The notes below the pieces were generated by a model, which had not been told where the DNA came from, did no database searches, and saw only the letters and a list, made by a program, of their open reading frames with translations. From positions 125,555 through 189,554 of the forward strand of contig CAWBWZ010000001.1 of the NCBI GenBank assembly GCA_963792575.1: a stretch of DNA of 64,000 bases, read 5' to 3'. Source of the DNA: an uncultured Acidobacteriota bacterium (GTDB lineage: Bacteria > Acidobacteriota > Thermoanaerobaculia > Multivoradales > UBA5704). Shown one piece after another: positions 9,285 through 21,464 of this stretch (positions are counted from its first letter, which is position 1; every line of letters starts with the position of its first letter). The translations under genes and the position numbers were made by a program.

Positions 9285-9725
9285 TTATCCCGTCCGGCCG
9301 GAGGCCTGGCGATCCGGCTGCACGATCGCCCGCGCCTGCAGGACCACCCGCCGCTCGTTCTCGAAGCTGAGCTTGGAGATCCCCTCGTCCCAGGAGAACC
9401 ACTCGGCCCCCGAGACCTCGTGGACATCGAAGTCGGCGGTGTCGCCGCTGACGAAGGTCAGCAGGTAATAGTCCACCTGCTTGTGGACCCGCTGGGCCCC
9501 CTTCTCGACGAACCAGTACTCGACCCCCGGGAGCGGCGCCACCACCCGGCCGGTGACGCCGGTCTCCTCCCGCACCTCGCGCACGGCGGTCTGCTCGGGG
9601 GTCTCCCCCTCCTCGATGTGCCCCTTGGGGAGCTGCCAGCGGCGGCCGGACTGGGTCGAGATCAGCAGGATGCTGGCGCCGCGCACGACCAGTCCGCCAG
9701 CCGATCGGTGGTGGACGGTCTTCAT
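9285..9725 (-). CDS. NUDIX hydrolase
   Basis: Nudix box GHIEEGETPEQTAVREVREETG. Confidence 0.9.
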   Translation of the reverse strand: MKTVHHRSAGGLVVRGASILLISTQSGRRWQLPKGHIEEGETPEQTAVREVREETGVTGRVVAPLPGVEYWFVEKGAQRVHKQVDYYLLTFVSGDTADFDVHEVSGAEWFSWDEGISKLSFENERRVVLQARAIVQPDRQASGRTG

Positions 9726-9765
9726 GATTGGGCGGAGGGGGACGGGCGGGGGAGCGGGCCCGCTG

Positions 9766-10368
9766 TCAGTTCGTCGAATCCTCGGAATCGGAACCCGGGA
9801 GCCAGGAGGGGAGGACGGCCGGATCGATGCCGACCGAGCGCAGCGCCGCGTCCCAGACCTGCTCGGGATCGGGAGCGAAGATCAGCTCGCTGCTCGCCGG
9901 CGCCGTCAGCCAGTCGTTGCGGAGGATCTCCTGCATCAGCTGACCCTCGCCCCAGCCGGCATAGCCCAGGATCAGGCGGAACTGGTCGGGCGGCGCCTCG
10001 GCCAGGCGGGAGAGGTCGCCGACGTGCTGCGTCAGCGCCACGCCGGGGAGGACCTCGGTCGCGGTGTCCTCCGGTCCGCCCTCGGCGAGGACCGGCGCGA
10101 ACAGCACGGTGCCGAGCTGTGGCTGCACCGGGCCGCCGAAGTAGGCGACCGCCTCCTCGCCGCCGGACCAGGCGACCTCCATCCCCTTCAGGATCTCGCC
10201 GACCTTGATCCCGGTGGGGCGGTTGAGGATGAAGCCGAAGCTCCCCTCATCCTCGTGATGGAGGAGGAGCACGACGCTGCGATTGAAGAACGGGTCCAGC
10301 ACCTGAGGCATGGCCATCAGCAAGACCGGGGTGATGAGATCGGAGCCGCTCACGGACATAGAGCTCAT
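9766..10368 (-). CDS. YqgE/AlgH-family protein (UPF0301)
   Basis: LLMAMPQVLDPFFNRSVVLLLHHEDEGSFGFILNRP ... YFGGPV is characteristic. Start taken at ATG residue 30 of the track ORF. Confidence 0.85.
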   Translation of the reverse strand: MSSMSVSGSDLITPVLLMAMPQVLDPFFNRSVVLLLHHEDEGSFGFILNRPTGIKVGEILKGMEVAWSGGEEAVAYFGGPVQPQLGTVLFAPVLAEGGPEDTATEVLPGVALTQHVGDLSRLAEAPPDQFRLILGYAGWGEGQLMQEILRNDWLTAPASSELIFAPDPEQVWDAALRSVGIDPAVLPSWLPGSDSEDSTN

Positions 10369-10484
10369 CTTACCCGGCCTCCGCCTCTGTGAGAAATCGA
10401 ACTGAGCTGATATCTTTGGGCCCGGTGGGCGCTTGAGTCCCGCCGCGCGCCTCACCCCTTGATAGATCCTGAGGAGAAGGTCCC

Positions 10485-13254
<2,770 letters not shown>

Positions 13255-13277
13255 ATGCGGTCCTGAAGGAGGGATGG

Positions 13278-13760
13278 ATGGCGGACGACATGAAGGGAGA
13301 GCAGGTCGTCACCCAAGCCTGCTTTGTCGACACGAATGTCCTGGTTTTCGCCGCATCTTCAGGAGCTCCGCTCCACCGGTGCGCCTCAGAAGAGCTAGGA
13401 AAGCGAGTTGAGTCCGGGCAGGAGCTTTGGGTGAGTCGCCAGGTCCTGCGGGAGTATCTGGCCGCGTTGAGCCGTCCCCAGACTTTCTCCAAGCCACGGC
13501 CAGCCCGCGAGCTAGTGAGCGACATCCGCTACTTCCTGGGCCATTTTCATCTTGCTGAAGAAGGATCTGCCGTCACGGAGAAACTACTGGAGCTGATCGA
13601 GAAGGTGGACATCGGCGGCAAACAAATTCATGACGCCAATATCGTAGCTACAATGCTGGCAAATGGTATCCCTGCTTTACTGACCCACAATGTTGGAGAC
13701 TTCGTCCGCTTCAGCGATGTGATCCAAGTGATCCCCTTGGACACGGGAGAACGACTCTGA
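13278..13760 (+). CDS. PIN-domain protein (VapC-like toxin)
   Basis: 160 aa, from the ATG preceded by GAAGGAGGG. It has [10 protein letters not shown] and a C-terminal [11 protein letters not shown] motif. It is the tail of the artefactual 1091-aa track ORF. Lower GC than its neighbours. Confidence 0.8.
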   Translation: MADDMKGEQVVTQACFVDTNVLVFAASSGAPLHRCASEELGKRVESGQELWVSRQVLREYLAALSRPQTFSKPRPARELVSDIRYFLGHFHLAEEGSAVTEKLLELIEKVDIGGKQIHDANIVATMLANGIPALLTHNVGDFVRFSDVIQVIPLDTGERL

Positions 13761-13762
13761 CC

Positions 13763-14005
13763 TTACCTTTCGTCCTCTCCATAGAGGTCTGTCCGCCGCA
13801 ACGACAGATTTTCGGGCCAGGGACCAAGATCGTGAACGGGAAAGTCGGCCAGAGAACTCTCGACCCGGGAGGCCGGTGGGACAGGCTGCTCATCGAGGAT
13901 CACCACGGCCCGATGCCGACCCGGGGGTACGTCATCGGACAACTTCAGGTCGATCCTGATCCTACCGTCCTGAGTGACGATGACATCCGTCTCGATGGTC
14001 TTCAT
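13763..14005 (-). CDS. putative antitoxin-like small protein
   Basis: 80 aa. The pattern ...PPGRHRAVVILDEQP...DFPVHDLGPWPENLSLRRTDLYGEDER resembles small proteins usually encoded upstream of PIN toxins. Here it is tail-to-tail with the PIN gene. Confidence 0.45.
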   Translation of the reverse strand: MKTIETDVIVTQDGRIRIDLKLSDDVPPGRHRAVVILDEQPVPPASRVESSLADFPVHDLGPWPENLSLRRTDLYGEDER

Positions 14006-14052
14006 AGGCCGTCAGCTTACTGGATGCCTGGAAGGGCCGCAACAATAAAAAG

Positions 14053-14082
14053 CCCCGCTCCGGGGAGGGATCCGGCGCGGGG
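14053..14082 (-). terminator. intrinsic-terminator-like hairpin with U-tract on the minus strand
   Basis: CCCCGCTCCGG-ggagggat-CCGGCGCGGGG, preceded on the plus strand by ATAAAAAG. This gives a U-run after the stem on the minus strand. Confidence 0.4.
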
Positions 14083-14238
14083 GGAGGAGAGGGAGCTGAA
14101 GGAGATTGTCGGAGTATTTGACTCCGGGACGGGTACAACTCCCGAACCCCGTCCCACCTCGTATAACCGGGGCGAGGTATGTGCGATTCCCATTTTCTCC
14201 AATATCTTGGATGCTCCCCCGTTCTCTAGAAACCTGCG

Positions 14239-15210
14239 ATGCGGATCTTCCTGACTGGCGGCACCGGCTACATCGGCCGCGCTCTGGCGCGCCGGCTCGT
14301 CGAATCCGGGCATGAGGTCCGGGCTCTCGTCCGCCCCGCCAGCGACGCGGAGCCGTTGCGGCAGCTCGGCGCCGCTACCTTCACCGGCGACATCGCGGAC
14401 CGCGTCTCGATGCGAGAGGGGATGTCCGGGGCTGACTGGGTAATCCACGCCGCCGCCGATCTCGACCTCACCGGCCCCCCCGAGCGGATGCAACAGGCCA
14501 ATGTCCAGGGGAGCGAGAACGTCGCCTCCCTCGCCTACAAGCTCGGCGTCGGGCGCTTCCTCTCGGTCTCCTCGATGGCCTACTTCGGCGGCAGTCCGTC
14601 CGACGGCTCGGTGGTGGACGAGACCGCTCCCGTCCAGGCCTCGTTCCCCACCCGCTACAGCGCCACCAAGCACTCCGGCGAGCGGGCGATCCAGGAGTGG
14701 GCGAAGAAGGGGCTGCGGATCAATACCGTCTATCCGAGCCTGGTCTACGGCCCGCCAGGGAAGAAGGAGGGGGCGAATTCCATCCTGCGCGGCTTCCTCA
14801 AGGGTCGCTACCCCGTCCTCGCCGGTGCCGACCGCAGGATGTCCTGGATCTATCTCGACGACCTGGTCGAGGGGATGCTCAAGATGATCGCCAAGGCCCC
14901 GCCCGGCCGCGGTTATCTGATGGCGGGGGACGTCACCACCCTGCGCTCTCTGGTGGACCGGGTCTGCAAGTTGGGCGGAGTCGCGCCGCCACGTGCCAAC
15001 CTGCCGATCGGGGCGGCTCGCGCCGGGCTGGTTCTCTCAGCCCCCTTCTTCAAGCTCGCCGGCCGGCGGCCGCCGTTCTCCCACGATCAGCTCAACAGCC
15101 TGGAGCGTCACTGGGCGTTCAGCGACGCCCGCGCGCGGGCCGAGCTCGACTGGCATCCGCGGAGCCTGGACGAGGGGCTGCCGCCGACAGTGGCGTTTCT
15201 GCAGCAGTAG
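14239..15210 (+). CDS. NAD-dependent epimerase/dehydratase family protein
   Basis: MRIFLTGGTGYIGRALARRLVESGHEV Rossmann motif. YSATK catalytic YxxxK. Confidence 0.9.
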   Translation: MRIFLTGGTGYIGRALARRLVESGHEVRALVRPASDAEPLRQLGAATFTGDIADRVSMREGMSGADWVIHAAADLDLTGPPERMQQANVQGSENVASLAYKLGVGRFLSVSSMAYFGGSPSDGSVVDETAPVQASFPTRYSATKHSGERAIQEWAKKGLRINTVYPSLVYGPPGKKEGANSILRGFLKGRYPVLAGADRRMSWIYLDDLVEGMLKMIAKAPPGRGYLMAGDVTTLRSLVDRVCKLGGVAPPRANLPIGAARAGLVLSAPFFKLAGRRPPFSHDQLNSLERHWAFSDARARAELDWHPRSLDEGLPPTVAFLQQ

Positions 15211-15287
15211 TAGGCCGTTCCTTTTTTCGGGAACCTCCTCTGGCGCGGTACTGCTTTTGGGGAATCAATTGCAATAAACTTCTCTCC

Positions 15288-16301
15288 ATGGCACGCCGCA
15301 AGGAGCAGGACCAGCTCGCCCTCTTCGCCTTCGAGCCGAAGCCCGAGCCGGAGAAGAAGGGCGTGGGGGCGGCGGGGCAACCGGAGGAGGTCGAGGCGCT
15401 CGGCCGGGAGCTGCCGCGGGGGATCTATCTCGGCGGCTCGACGTGGTCATTCCCGGGGTGGGCCGGGCTCGTCTACGACCGCTCCTACTCCCCCTCGAAG
15501 CTGTCCCACCAGGGTCTACCGGCGTATGCCCGCCACCCCCTGCTGCGAGCGGTGGGGGTCGACCGTACCCACTACGCGCCGGTCGAGGCCATGGAGCTCG
15601 CGCAGTATCGGGAGTCGGTGCCGGAGGAGTTCCGCTTCCTGGTCAAGGCCCACGAGGCCTGCACCCTGGCGCGCTTTCCCGACCATGCCCGCTACGGCGC
15701 CCAGCGCGGCCAGGAGAACCCCCTCTTCCTCGATCCCGTGTATGCGACGGATCAGGTCGTGGCGCCTTTCGCCGAAGGGATCGGGGTCGGCGGTGGAGCG
15801 CTCCTCTTCCAGTTCGCTCCCCAGAGCCTGGGGAGCGCCGGCGCCTTCGCCCAGCGTCTGCACGATTTCCTGGCGGCGCTCCCTCTCGGGCCGGTCTACG
15901 CCGTCGAGCTGCGCAACCGTGAGCTGATCACGGTGGACTACGGAGACGCCCTGGCCGCGGTGGGCGCCTGCCACTGCCACAACGTCCATCCCCGCATGCC
16001 GGACGTCCGCGCTCAAGGGCGCCTTGCGGGAACCGCCCGGGGAGTGATGACGATCGTCCGCTGGCTCCTGGGCCCCGGGATGACCTACGAGGAGGCGGGC
16101 CGCCGCTATGCCCCGTTCAACCGCATGGCCGCGCCCGACCCCGTCGGCCGCCAGGCGGTGGCCGAGCTGGCCCGCGAGGCCCTGGCCGGGGACCGGCCCT
16201 TCCTGTGCACGATCAACAACAACGCCGAGGGGTGCGCTCCACTGTCGGCGGTGGAGCTGGCGCGGGAGATTGTGGGTCCGCGGCCTACCGCATCTTCCTA
16301 G
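15288..16301 (+). CDS. DUF72 (YecE-like) family protein
   Basis: 337 aa, from the internal ATG of track ORF 14697..16301. It has IYLGGSTWSFPGW ... FRFLVKAH ... LFQF, a pattern typical of DUF72. Confidence 0.8.
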   Translation: MARRKEQDQLALFAFEPKPEPEKKGVGAAGQPEEVEALGRELPRGIYLGGSTWSFPGWAGLVYDRSYSPSKLSHQGLPAYARHPLLRAVGVDRTHYAPVEAMELAQYRESVPEEFRFLVKAHEACTLARFPDHARYGAQRGQENPLFLDPVYATDQVVAPFAEGIGVGGGALLFQFAPQSLGSAGAFAQRLHDFLAALPLGPVYAVELRNRELITVDYGDALAAVGACHCHNVHPRMPDVRAQGRLAGTARGVMTIVRWLLGPGMTYEEAGRRYAPFNRMAAPDPVGRQAVAELAREALAGDRPFLCTINNNAEGCAPLSAVELAREIVGPRPTASS

Positions 16302-19179
16302 CCACTGAGCCCCCGCTCGCGGCGGCGGCCGTGCTGGAAAAAGATCCGCGCAAGGCATCGCCATCCGGGGAGAGGGTGAAGGAGAAGCTGCCGCCGGTCG
16401 ACCTGCGGGCGCCCCGCTCGGTGTACTGGAGGGTCACGTGGCGGCCGTCGATTCGCCCCGTGAGGACGATCGGCGACCGCGCTCCGGCCGAGACCGGACG
16501 GCCGGACTCCGACCACTTCTGCCCCCGGCCGGTGATCCGGTCGCCGTCCTGCTCGAGCTGGACGCGGTAGCCCAGGCGCAGCCCCTGGTAGGCCGAGTAG
16601 TTGGTCGACTGGATCGTGTTGGTCAGCTCCCACCAGCCGGAGAGATCGGCGTCGGAGCGCTCTTCCCGGGGCTGCTCCTCTCGCACGGCGGCCTCGTTGA
16701 CGCTGTCGTCATCACCGCGTTCGTCATCCGGCTGCTCGCGCAGCCTCCGGAGGCGCTCCTGCTCCCGGGCCGCGGCCACCTTGGCCCGGCGGTCCTTCTC
16801 GGCTCCCTCCCGGGCCGCGATCTCCGCTTCCCGGCGACTCGCCGCCGCCTCTTCCCGGGCCAGCCGGTCCTCACGGGCATTGAGCGCGGCACGCTCCTCC
16901 GCCTGATCGAGCTTGGCCTGCCGCTCGGCCTCGCGCTGCTCTTCGAGCCGGCGCTTCTGCTCCTCGCGCGCCTGGGCGATCAGCTCGGTCTGCTCGTCTT
17001 TCTGACCCTCGCGCTGGGCGAGCAGCCGCTGCGAGGGGAAGCCGTTCGGCGGCGGCGCCTCGCGGCCGGGGCAGTAGGAATCCGGCTCCTTCCCCTTGAG
17101 GAACAGCTCGCGTTCGCCTCCCTCGGGCGCGCACCCTTTCTTGACGATCAGGCCGGTCGCCGGATCGACCGGCATCGAGACGACGTCCGCGGGCATCTTC
17201 CAGGGTGGTGGGGTTTTCTGCTTCGGGTTCTGATAGACGCGGGCGAGCATCCGCCCCCAGGCCGGAGCCGCGAGGCGTCCGCCCGTGGCGTCCTCGAGAA
17301 TCGGCTTGGGCTTGTCGAAGCCGATCCAGATACCGCCGACAATTTCCGGCGTGTAGCCCACGAACCAGGCGTCCGCGCCGTCGTTGGTGGTGCCGGTCTT
17401 GCCGGCCGCCGGGGCCTTGAGGCCGGTCTGCTGGATCAGGTTGCCGGTGCCGCTGACGATCGATTCGGAGAGGACGCTGGTCACCAGGTAGGCGACACCG
17501 GGGTCGAGCACGTCATGGCGGTTCGGCTGCGATCGCCAGAGCACCTTCCCCCTCTCGTCCTCCACCCGCAGGATCAGCCGCGGTTCCACCGCCTGGCCGA
17601 GGCTCGCGAAGCCGCTATAGGCCGAGGTCAGCTCGAGCGGCGAGACGGCGACCGTCCCCAGGGCCATCGAGGGGACCGCCGCGATCGGCTCCTGGATCCC
17701 GGCCTTGTGCGCCATGTCGGTGATCTGCTGGAGACCCACCGCGTCCGCCAGGCGCACCGTCGGCACGTTCTTCGAGCGGACCAGGGCGTCGCGCAACGTG
17801 ATCCGCCCCTCGTAGCGGTTCGAGAAGTTCTTCGGCTGCCAGAACTGGCCGTTGGACATCTTCACCTTGAGCGGCTGATCGAGGAGCGGCTGGCTGAGCG
17901 CCCAGCCGTCCGCCAGCGCCGCCGCGTAGACGAACGGCTTGAAGGCGCTCCCGGGCTGGCGGCGGGCCTGGAGGACACGGTCGAACTGCGAGTGGGCGAA
18001 GTCGCGTCCGCCGACCCAGGCGAGAACGTCGCCGTCGTGGGCGTCGAGCATCACGGCCGCGCCCTGGAGATAGGGGGTGCCGTCGTCGGGCGGCTGGGTG
18101 TCCGGCGAGTAGCGGGTGCCCTGGAACGCGCCCAGGCTTCCGGATTCGATCAGCTTGAGCTGCCGGCGCAGCTCCTCCTCGGCGGCCCGCTGGGCGGCGG
18201 AGTCGAGGGTGGTGACGATCCGCAGCGGCTGGGTGTAGAGGTTGGCGCCGAACCGCTCCTCGAGCTCGTGCCGCACCTGCTCCACGAAGTAAGGGGCGAG
18301 CCCGGCCTCGACCTTCTCCTGCCGCGGCGCCGGAGCGAGCCCGAGTGGCTCCAGCTTCGCCTTCTCGGCGAGGAACCTGGGGGTGCGCCCCTGCTCGCGC
18401 ATCAGCGACAGCACCAGGTTGCGACGGGCCAGCGCCTCCCGCGGATGCCGGCGCGGATCGTAGTGGCTGGGCGCCTTGGGGAGGGCGGCGAGCAGCGCGG
18501 CCTGGGAGAGCGTCAGCTCCTGGGCCGAGCGGCCGAAGTACTGGCGCGCCGCCGCCTCGATCCCCGTGGCGCGGTTGCCGAAGTAGATGTTGTTGAGGTA
18601 GAGCTCGAGGATCTCCTCCTTCGAGTAGCGCCCCTCGATTTGCTGGGCCACCCGGATCTCGAGGAGCTTGCGGCGCGTCGTCTGCTCCTCGCCCGGGAGG
18701 CTTTCCGGGAAGACGTTCCGCGCCAGCTGCATGCTGATCGTGCTGAACCCTTGAGCGAACCCGCCGGCCCGCAGATTGGCGAGCACCGAGCCGCCGACCC
18801 GCTTCCAATCCACCCCTCCATGCTCGTAGAAGCGCTGGTCCTCGACGGCGAGAAACGCCTGCGGTACCAGCGAGGGGAGGGACGACAGCGGCACGATCTT
18901 GCGCTCCGCCGAAGCGAGGTCGGCGAAGACCTCGCCGTTGCGGTCGAGCAGCACCGGCGCGCCCCCGGGCTGAAAGACGGCGAGCTTCGCCACGTTCGGG
19001 CAGGTGGAGAAGAAGCAGCGCGACCAGGAGAAGCCGAAGAAGAGGACGGCCGCGTACAGCAGCGAGAGCACGACCGCCAGCAAGAGACGCGGACTCTCCC
19101 AGACCGATCGCCAGTCGAATCGCCAGCCGAGCCGGCGCGGTGTGGACGTCTGCTCCATCGCGGAGCAGGAGAGGAGCAA
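16285..19179 (-). CDS. mrcA: bifunctional penicillin-binding protein 1A with a ~250-aa C-terminal extension
   Basis: GT51 motifs (AVEDQRFYEHGGVD, RKLLE). Transpeptidase motifs SAFKPF (SxxK), SKN and KTGTT. The true start may be the ATG at 19158. Confidence 0.92.
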   Translation of the reverse strand: MLLSCSAMEQTSTPRRLGWRFDWRSVWESPRLLLAVVLSLLYAAVLFFGFSWSRCFFSTCPNVAKLAVFQPGGAPVLLDRNGEVFADLASAERKIVPLSSLPSLVPQAFLAVEDQRFYEHGGVDWKRVGGSVLANLRAGGFAQGFSTISMQLARNVFPESLPGEEQTTRRKLLEIRVAQQIEGRYSKEEILELYLNNIYFGNRATGIEAAARQYFGRSAQELTLSQAALLAALPKAPSHYDPRRHPREALARRNLVLSLMREQGRTPRFLAEKAKLEPLGLAPAPRQEKVEAGLAPYFVEQVRHELEERFGANLYTQPLRIVTTLDSAAQRAAEEELRRQLKLIESGSLGAFQGTRYSPDTQPPDDGTPYLQGAAVMLDAHDGDVLAWVGGRDFAHSQFDRVLQARRQPGSAFKPFVYAAALADGWALSQPLLDQPLKVKMSNGQFWQPKNFSNRYEGRITLRDALVRSKNVPTVRLADAVGLQQITDMAHKAGIQEPIAAVPSMALGTVAVSPLELTSAYSGFASLGQAVEPRLILRVEDERGKVLWRSQPNRHDVLDPGVAYLVTSVLSESIVSGTGNLIQQTGLKAPAAGKTGTTNDGADAWFVGYTPEIVGGIWIGFDKPKPILEDATGGRLAAPAWGRMLARVYQNPKQKTPPPWKMPADVVSMPVDPATGLIVKKGCAPEGGERELFLKGKEPDSYCPGREAPPPNGFPSQRLLAQREGQKDEQTELIAQAREEQKRRLEEQREAERQAKLDQAEERAALNAREDRLAREEAAASRREAEIAAREGAEKDRRAKVAAAREQERLRRLREQPDDERGDDDSVNEAAVREEQPREERSDADLSGWWELTNTIQSTNYSAYQGLRLGYRVQLEQDGDRITGRGQKWSESGRPVSAGARSPIVLTGRIDGRHVTLQYTERGARRSTGGSFSFTLSPDGDALRGSFSSTAAAASGGSVARKMR

Positions 19180-19197
19180 GGTTCCTGCCAGGGGCAG

Positions 19198-19602
19198 TTA
19201 GACTGCGACTCTCTGTTCCTTGAGTGATGAGATCCGTGCGAGTAACGAGAAGTCGCGGTCGCGGTGTAACACCGGAATCCCATGCCGGATCGCGCAGGCG
19301 GCAATGAGGCAATCAACGCTCGAACGGACTGTCACCCCAGCCCTTCGAGCTGAGCGATAGAGCTGTACTGCCTCTTCGTAAACACCTGGGTGAACAGGAG
19401 ATTCAAGAATCGGCAGCGCAAACATCGCGTCCCGCGCGATACGAAAGGCTCTCTCGTCCAAGAATCCCTGAAGAACCTCCTGGATCACGGGCAGGCACGT
19501 AACGACCTCGTCCAGGCTGACTACTGAGGTGAGATCGAACTGGCTGGGCTTCCGGAAGACCTCGATCCAGACAGAGGTGTCCACGAGACGCAATGGGGTC
19601 AA
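19198..19602 (-). CDS. vapC: type II toxin VapC (PIN domain)
   Basis: MTPLRLVDTSVWIEVFRK ... and a C-terminal VDCLIAACAIRHGIPVLHRDRDF. ATGA overlap with the upstream antitoxin gene. Confidence 0.9.
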   Translation of the reverse strand: MTPLRLVDTSVWIEVFRKPSQFDLTSVVSLDEVVTCLPVIQEVLQGFLDERAFRIARDAMFALPILESPVHPGVYEEAVQLYRSARRAGVTVRSSVDCLIAACAIRHGIPVLHRDRDFSLLARISSLKEQRVAV

Positions 19603-19820
19603 CGGCGTACCCGTTCATTCCCAGGAGAGTCTCTCCGCATCTCGGAAAGGTCTCCTTCCCACATTCCGGAGCCCGCAAGCTCCAGGATGCGGCCCGCTCG
19701 ATGCCGCCGGAGGTAGTCCTCCAGAGCCTTCGTTACCGCCCGTGAGTAGGTTCGTTCTCCACTGGCCCGGGTGACCTCTTCCAAGAGATGTTCATCCAAC
19801 ACAAGATTCGCACGTTTCAT
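19599..19820 (-). CDS. vapB: type II antitoxin VapB (ribbon-helix-helix-like)
   Basis: MKRANLVLDEHLLEEVTRASGERTYSRAVTKALEDYLRR. The stop overlaps the vapC start. Confidence 0.8.
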   Translation of the reverse strand: MKRANLVLDEHLLEEVTRASGERTYSRAVTKALEDYLRRHRAGRILELAGSGMWEGDLSEMRRDSPGNERVRR

Positions 19821-19837
19821 GCGCCTAGTATACGCGA

Positions 19838-20539
19838 TCAATACTCCGGCGCCTGCGAGCTGGCGCGGATCACGATCTCCTCGGGGCGGGCCTCCGGCGG
19901 CAGACGGAGGGCGAAGCGCAGAGTCTCGGCGACCGTCTCCGGGCGGAGGAGCGACTCCTTGCCGGGGGCTCCCTGGGTCGAGCCGGCGAAAAAGGTGTCG
20001 ACGGCGCCGGGGCGCAGCTCCAGCACCCGGAGCTCTGGATTCTCCTGCTGCAGCGTGCGGGTGAGCGCCCGCAGGGCGAACTTGGAGGCCGTGTAAGGAC
20101 CGCCGTTCGGGAAGGTCCGCGTCGAGACGTCCGAGGAGACCATCACAACCTGCCCGCGCGCCGCCTTGAGATGGGGGAGGAACGCCACCGTCGCCGCCCA
20201 GGCCCCCTGGACGTTGACTCGGAACGTCCGCTCGAATTCCTCCCCCGAGAACTCCTCCAGCCGCTTGAAAATCCCGATCCCCGCGTTGTTGATCAGCACG
20301 TCAGCGCGTCCGAACCGGCCGAGCACCGCGTCCCGGAAGGCCGTGACACTCGCCGCATCCCCCACGTCGAGCGGATGGGCTAGCACCGGCGCGGGGAGGC
20401 TCGCCGCCAGCCGCTCCAGTCCCTCCCGGTCCCGCGCTCCCAGGGCGGCGGCGTACCCCTCCTCTGCGAGCACCCGCGCGAAGGCGGCTCCCAGGCCGCG
20501 GGAGGCTCCGGTGATAACGGCGACTTTTCTGTCTTCCAT
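19838..20539 (-). CDS. SDR-family oxidoreductase
   Basis: VAVITGASRGLG and YTASKFAL motifs. Confidence 0.9.
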   Translation of the reverse strand: MEDRKVAVITGASRGLGAAFARVLAEEGYAAALGARDREGLERLAASLPAPVLAHPLDVGDAASVTAFRDAVLGRFGRADVLINNAGIGIFKRLEEFSGEEFERTFRVNVQGAWAATVAFLPHLKAARGQVVMVSSDVSTRTFPNGGPYTASKFALRALTRTLQQENPELRVLELRPGAVDTFFAGSTQGAPGKESLLRPETVAETLRFALRLPPEARPEEIVIRASSQAPEY

Positions 20540-20551
20540 GAAGATCTCCCT

Positions 20552-21433
20552 TCAGTGTCGAGGCTGCCGGATCTTTTCCCACCACCTCCGCAACCGCCCC
20601 GGCGGCTTCGGGGGGATCTGTGTCTGCTCGAAGTCTTCCATCGCCTCGTCCGGCGGCATTCCCGGATTGTGGTACCGCTCCCGCAGGCTGTGCAGGTGAT
20701 CCATCACGAAAAGATAGAGGTCGGTCTCCGTCCTCCCGGGAAACTCGTCGAGGACGCCGCTGCGGCGGATCACCTCGATCATCGGCCGGTATACATGATC
20801 GCGCCAGGAGACTACTTCTTCGCGCCAGGGGATGTCCCGTTTCTCCTCGATCCCCTTGTAATAGCCGTGGACGCGGATGTGATCGATCAGGCGCTGGTAG
20901 CCGTCGGGAACGGTGATCCTGTACTCATTCGGCGCCTCGGGCTCGAGGCCGGTCGCCTCCAGGAAGGCGCCGAGGCCGTTGCGGAGCAGGACCTCCTCGA
21001 TCGAGATCCCCGGCTCGAGCGGCACCGGAGTGAGGAACTCGACGACGTGAGCCTCGATGGTGGGCGCCCCCATGGCGCGGGCCACCGAGACGCGGTGATG
21101 GCCGTCCACCACGAAATAGGCTTGTCCGACCTTGTAGAGCTCGACGGGCGGGAAGCCCTGCGGCCCCTCGGCCAGATCCTTGAGACGGTCCCAGCGGTCG
21201 CGCAGCCCGTCGTCGCGGGGGAGGAAGGCGCGGTTGAACTCTCCCGGCCGGCCGAGGGTGCCGACGATCCGGTCGAGCGGCACCTGATGGAGGCCGCGGT
21301 CGACGAGATGCCGCAGCCCGAGCTCCCGGCGGACCGTCTCGAAGGGGAGCAGGTCCGTGGGGCGCCCCGCCAGCAGGGCCAGCAGATCCGTCATCACGGC
21401 CGCGCGGCGCGCGGCCTCGAAGCCCGCCGACAT
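20552..21433 (-). CDS. ParB/Srx-fold-like protein (DUF4032-like)
   Basis: [17 protein letters not shown] resembles the ParB-like nuclease/Srx core. The rest is conserved-hypothetical in appearance. Confidence 0.5.
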   Translation of the reverse strand: MSAGFEAARRAAVMTDLLALLAGRPTDLLPFETVRRELGLRHLVDRGLHQVPLDRIVGTLGRPGEFNRAFLPRDDGLRDRWDRLKDLAEGPQGFPPVELYKVGQAYFVVDGHHRVSVARAMGAPTIEAHVVEFLTPVPLEPGISIEEVLLRNGLGAFLEATGLEPEAPNEYRITVPDGYQRLIDHIRVHGYYKGIEEKRDIPWREEVVSWRDHVYRPMIEVIRRSGVLDEFPGRTETDLYLFVMDHLHSLRERYHNPGMPPDEAMEDFEQTQIPPKPPGRLRRWWEKIRQPRH

Positions 21434-21464
21434 CCTGGGACCCTCCCCGCCCTACAATATCCTC

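Noticed and set aside
14017-14673. 218-aa minus-strand ORF overlapping the epimerase gene start
   Set aside because: It is antisense to a gene with a clear Rossmann motif. It has no motif of its own and only artefactual composition.
16438-19312. ORFs 16438..19227(+) and 17615..19312(-), each over 560 aa
   Set aside because: They are antisense or out of frame to the PBP1A gene, have no motifs, and show the same Arg/Gly/Pro-rich composition.
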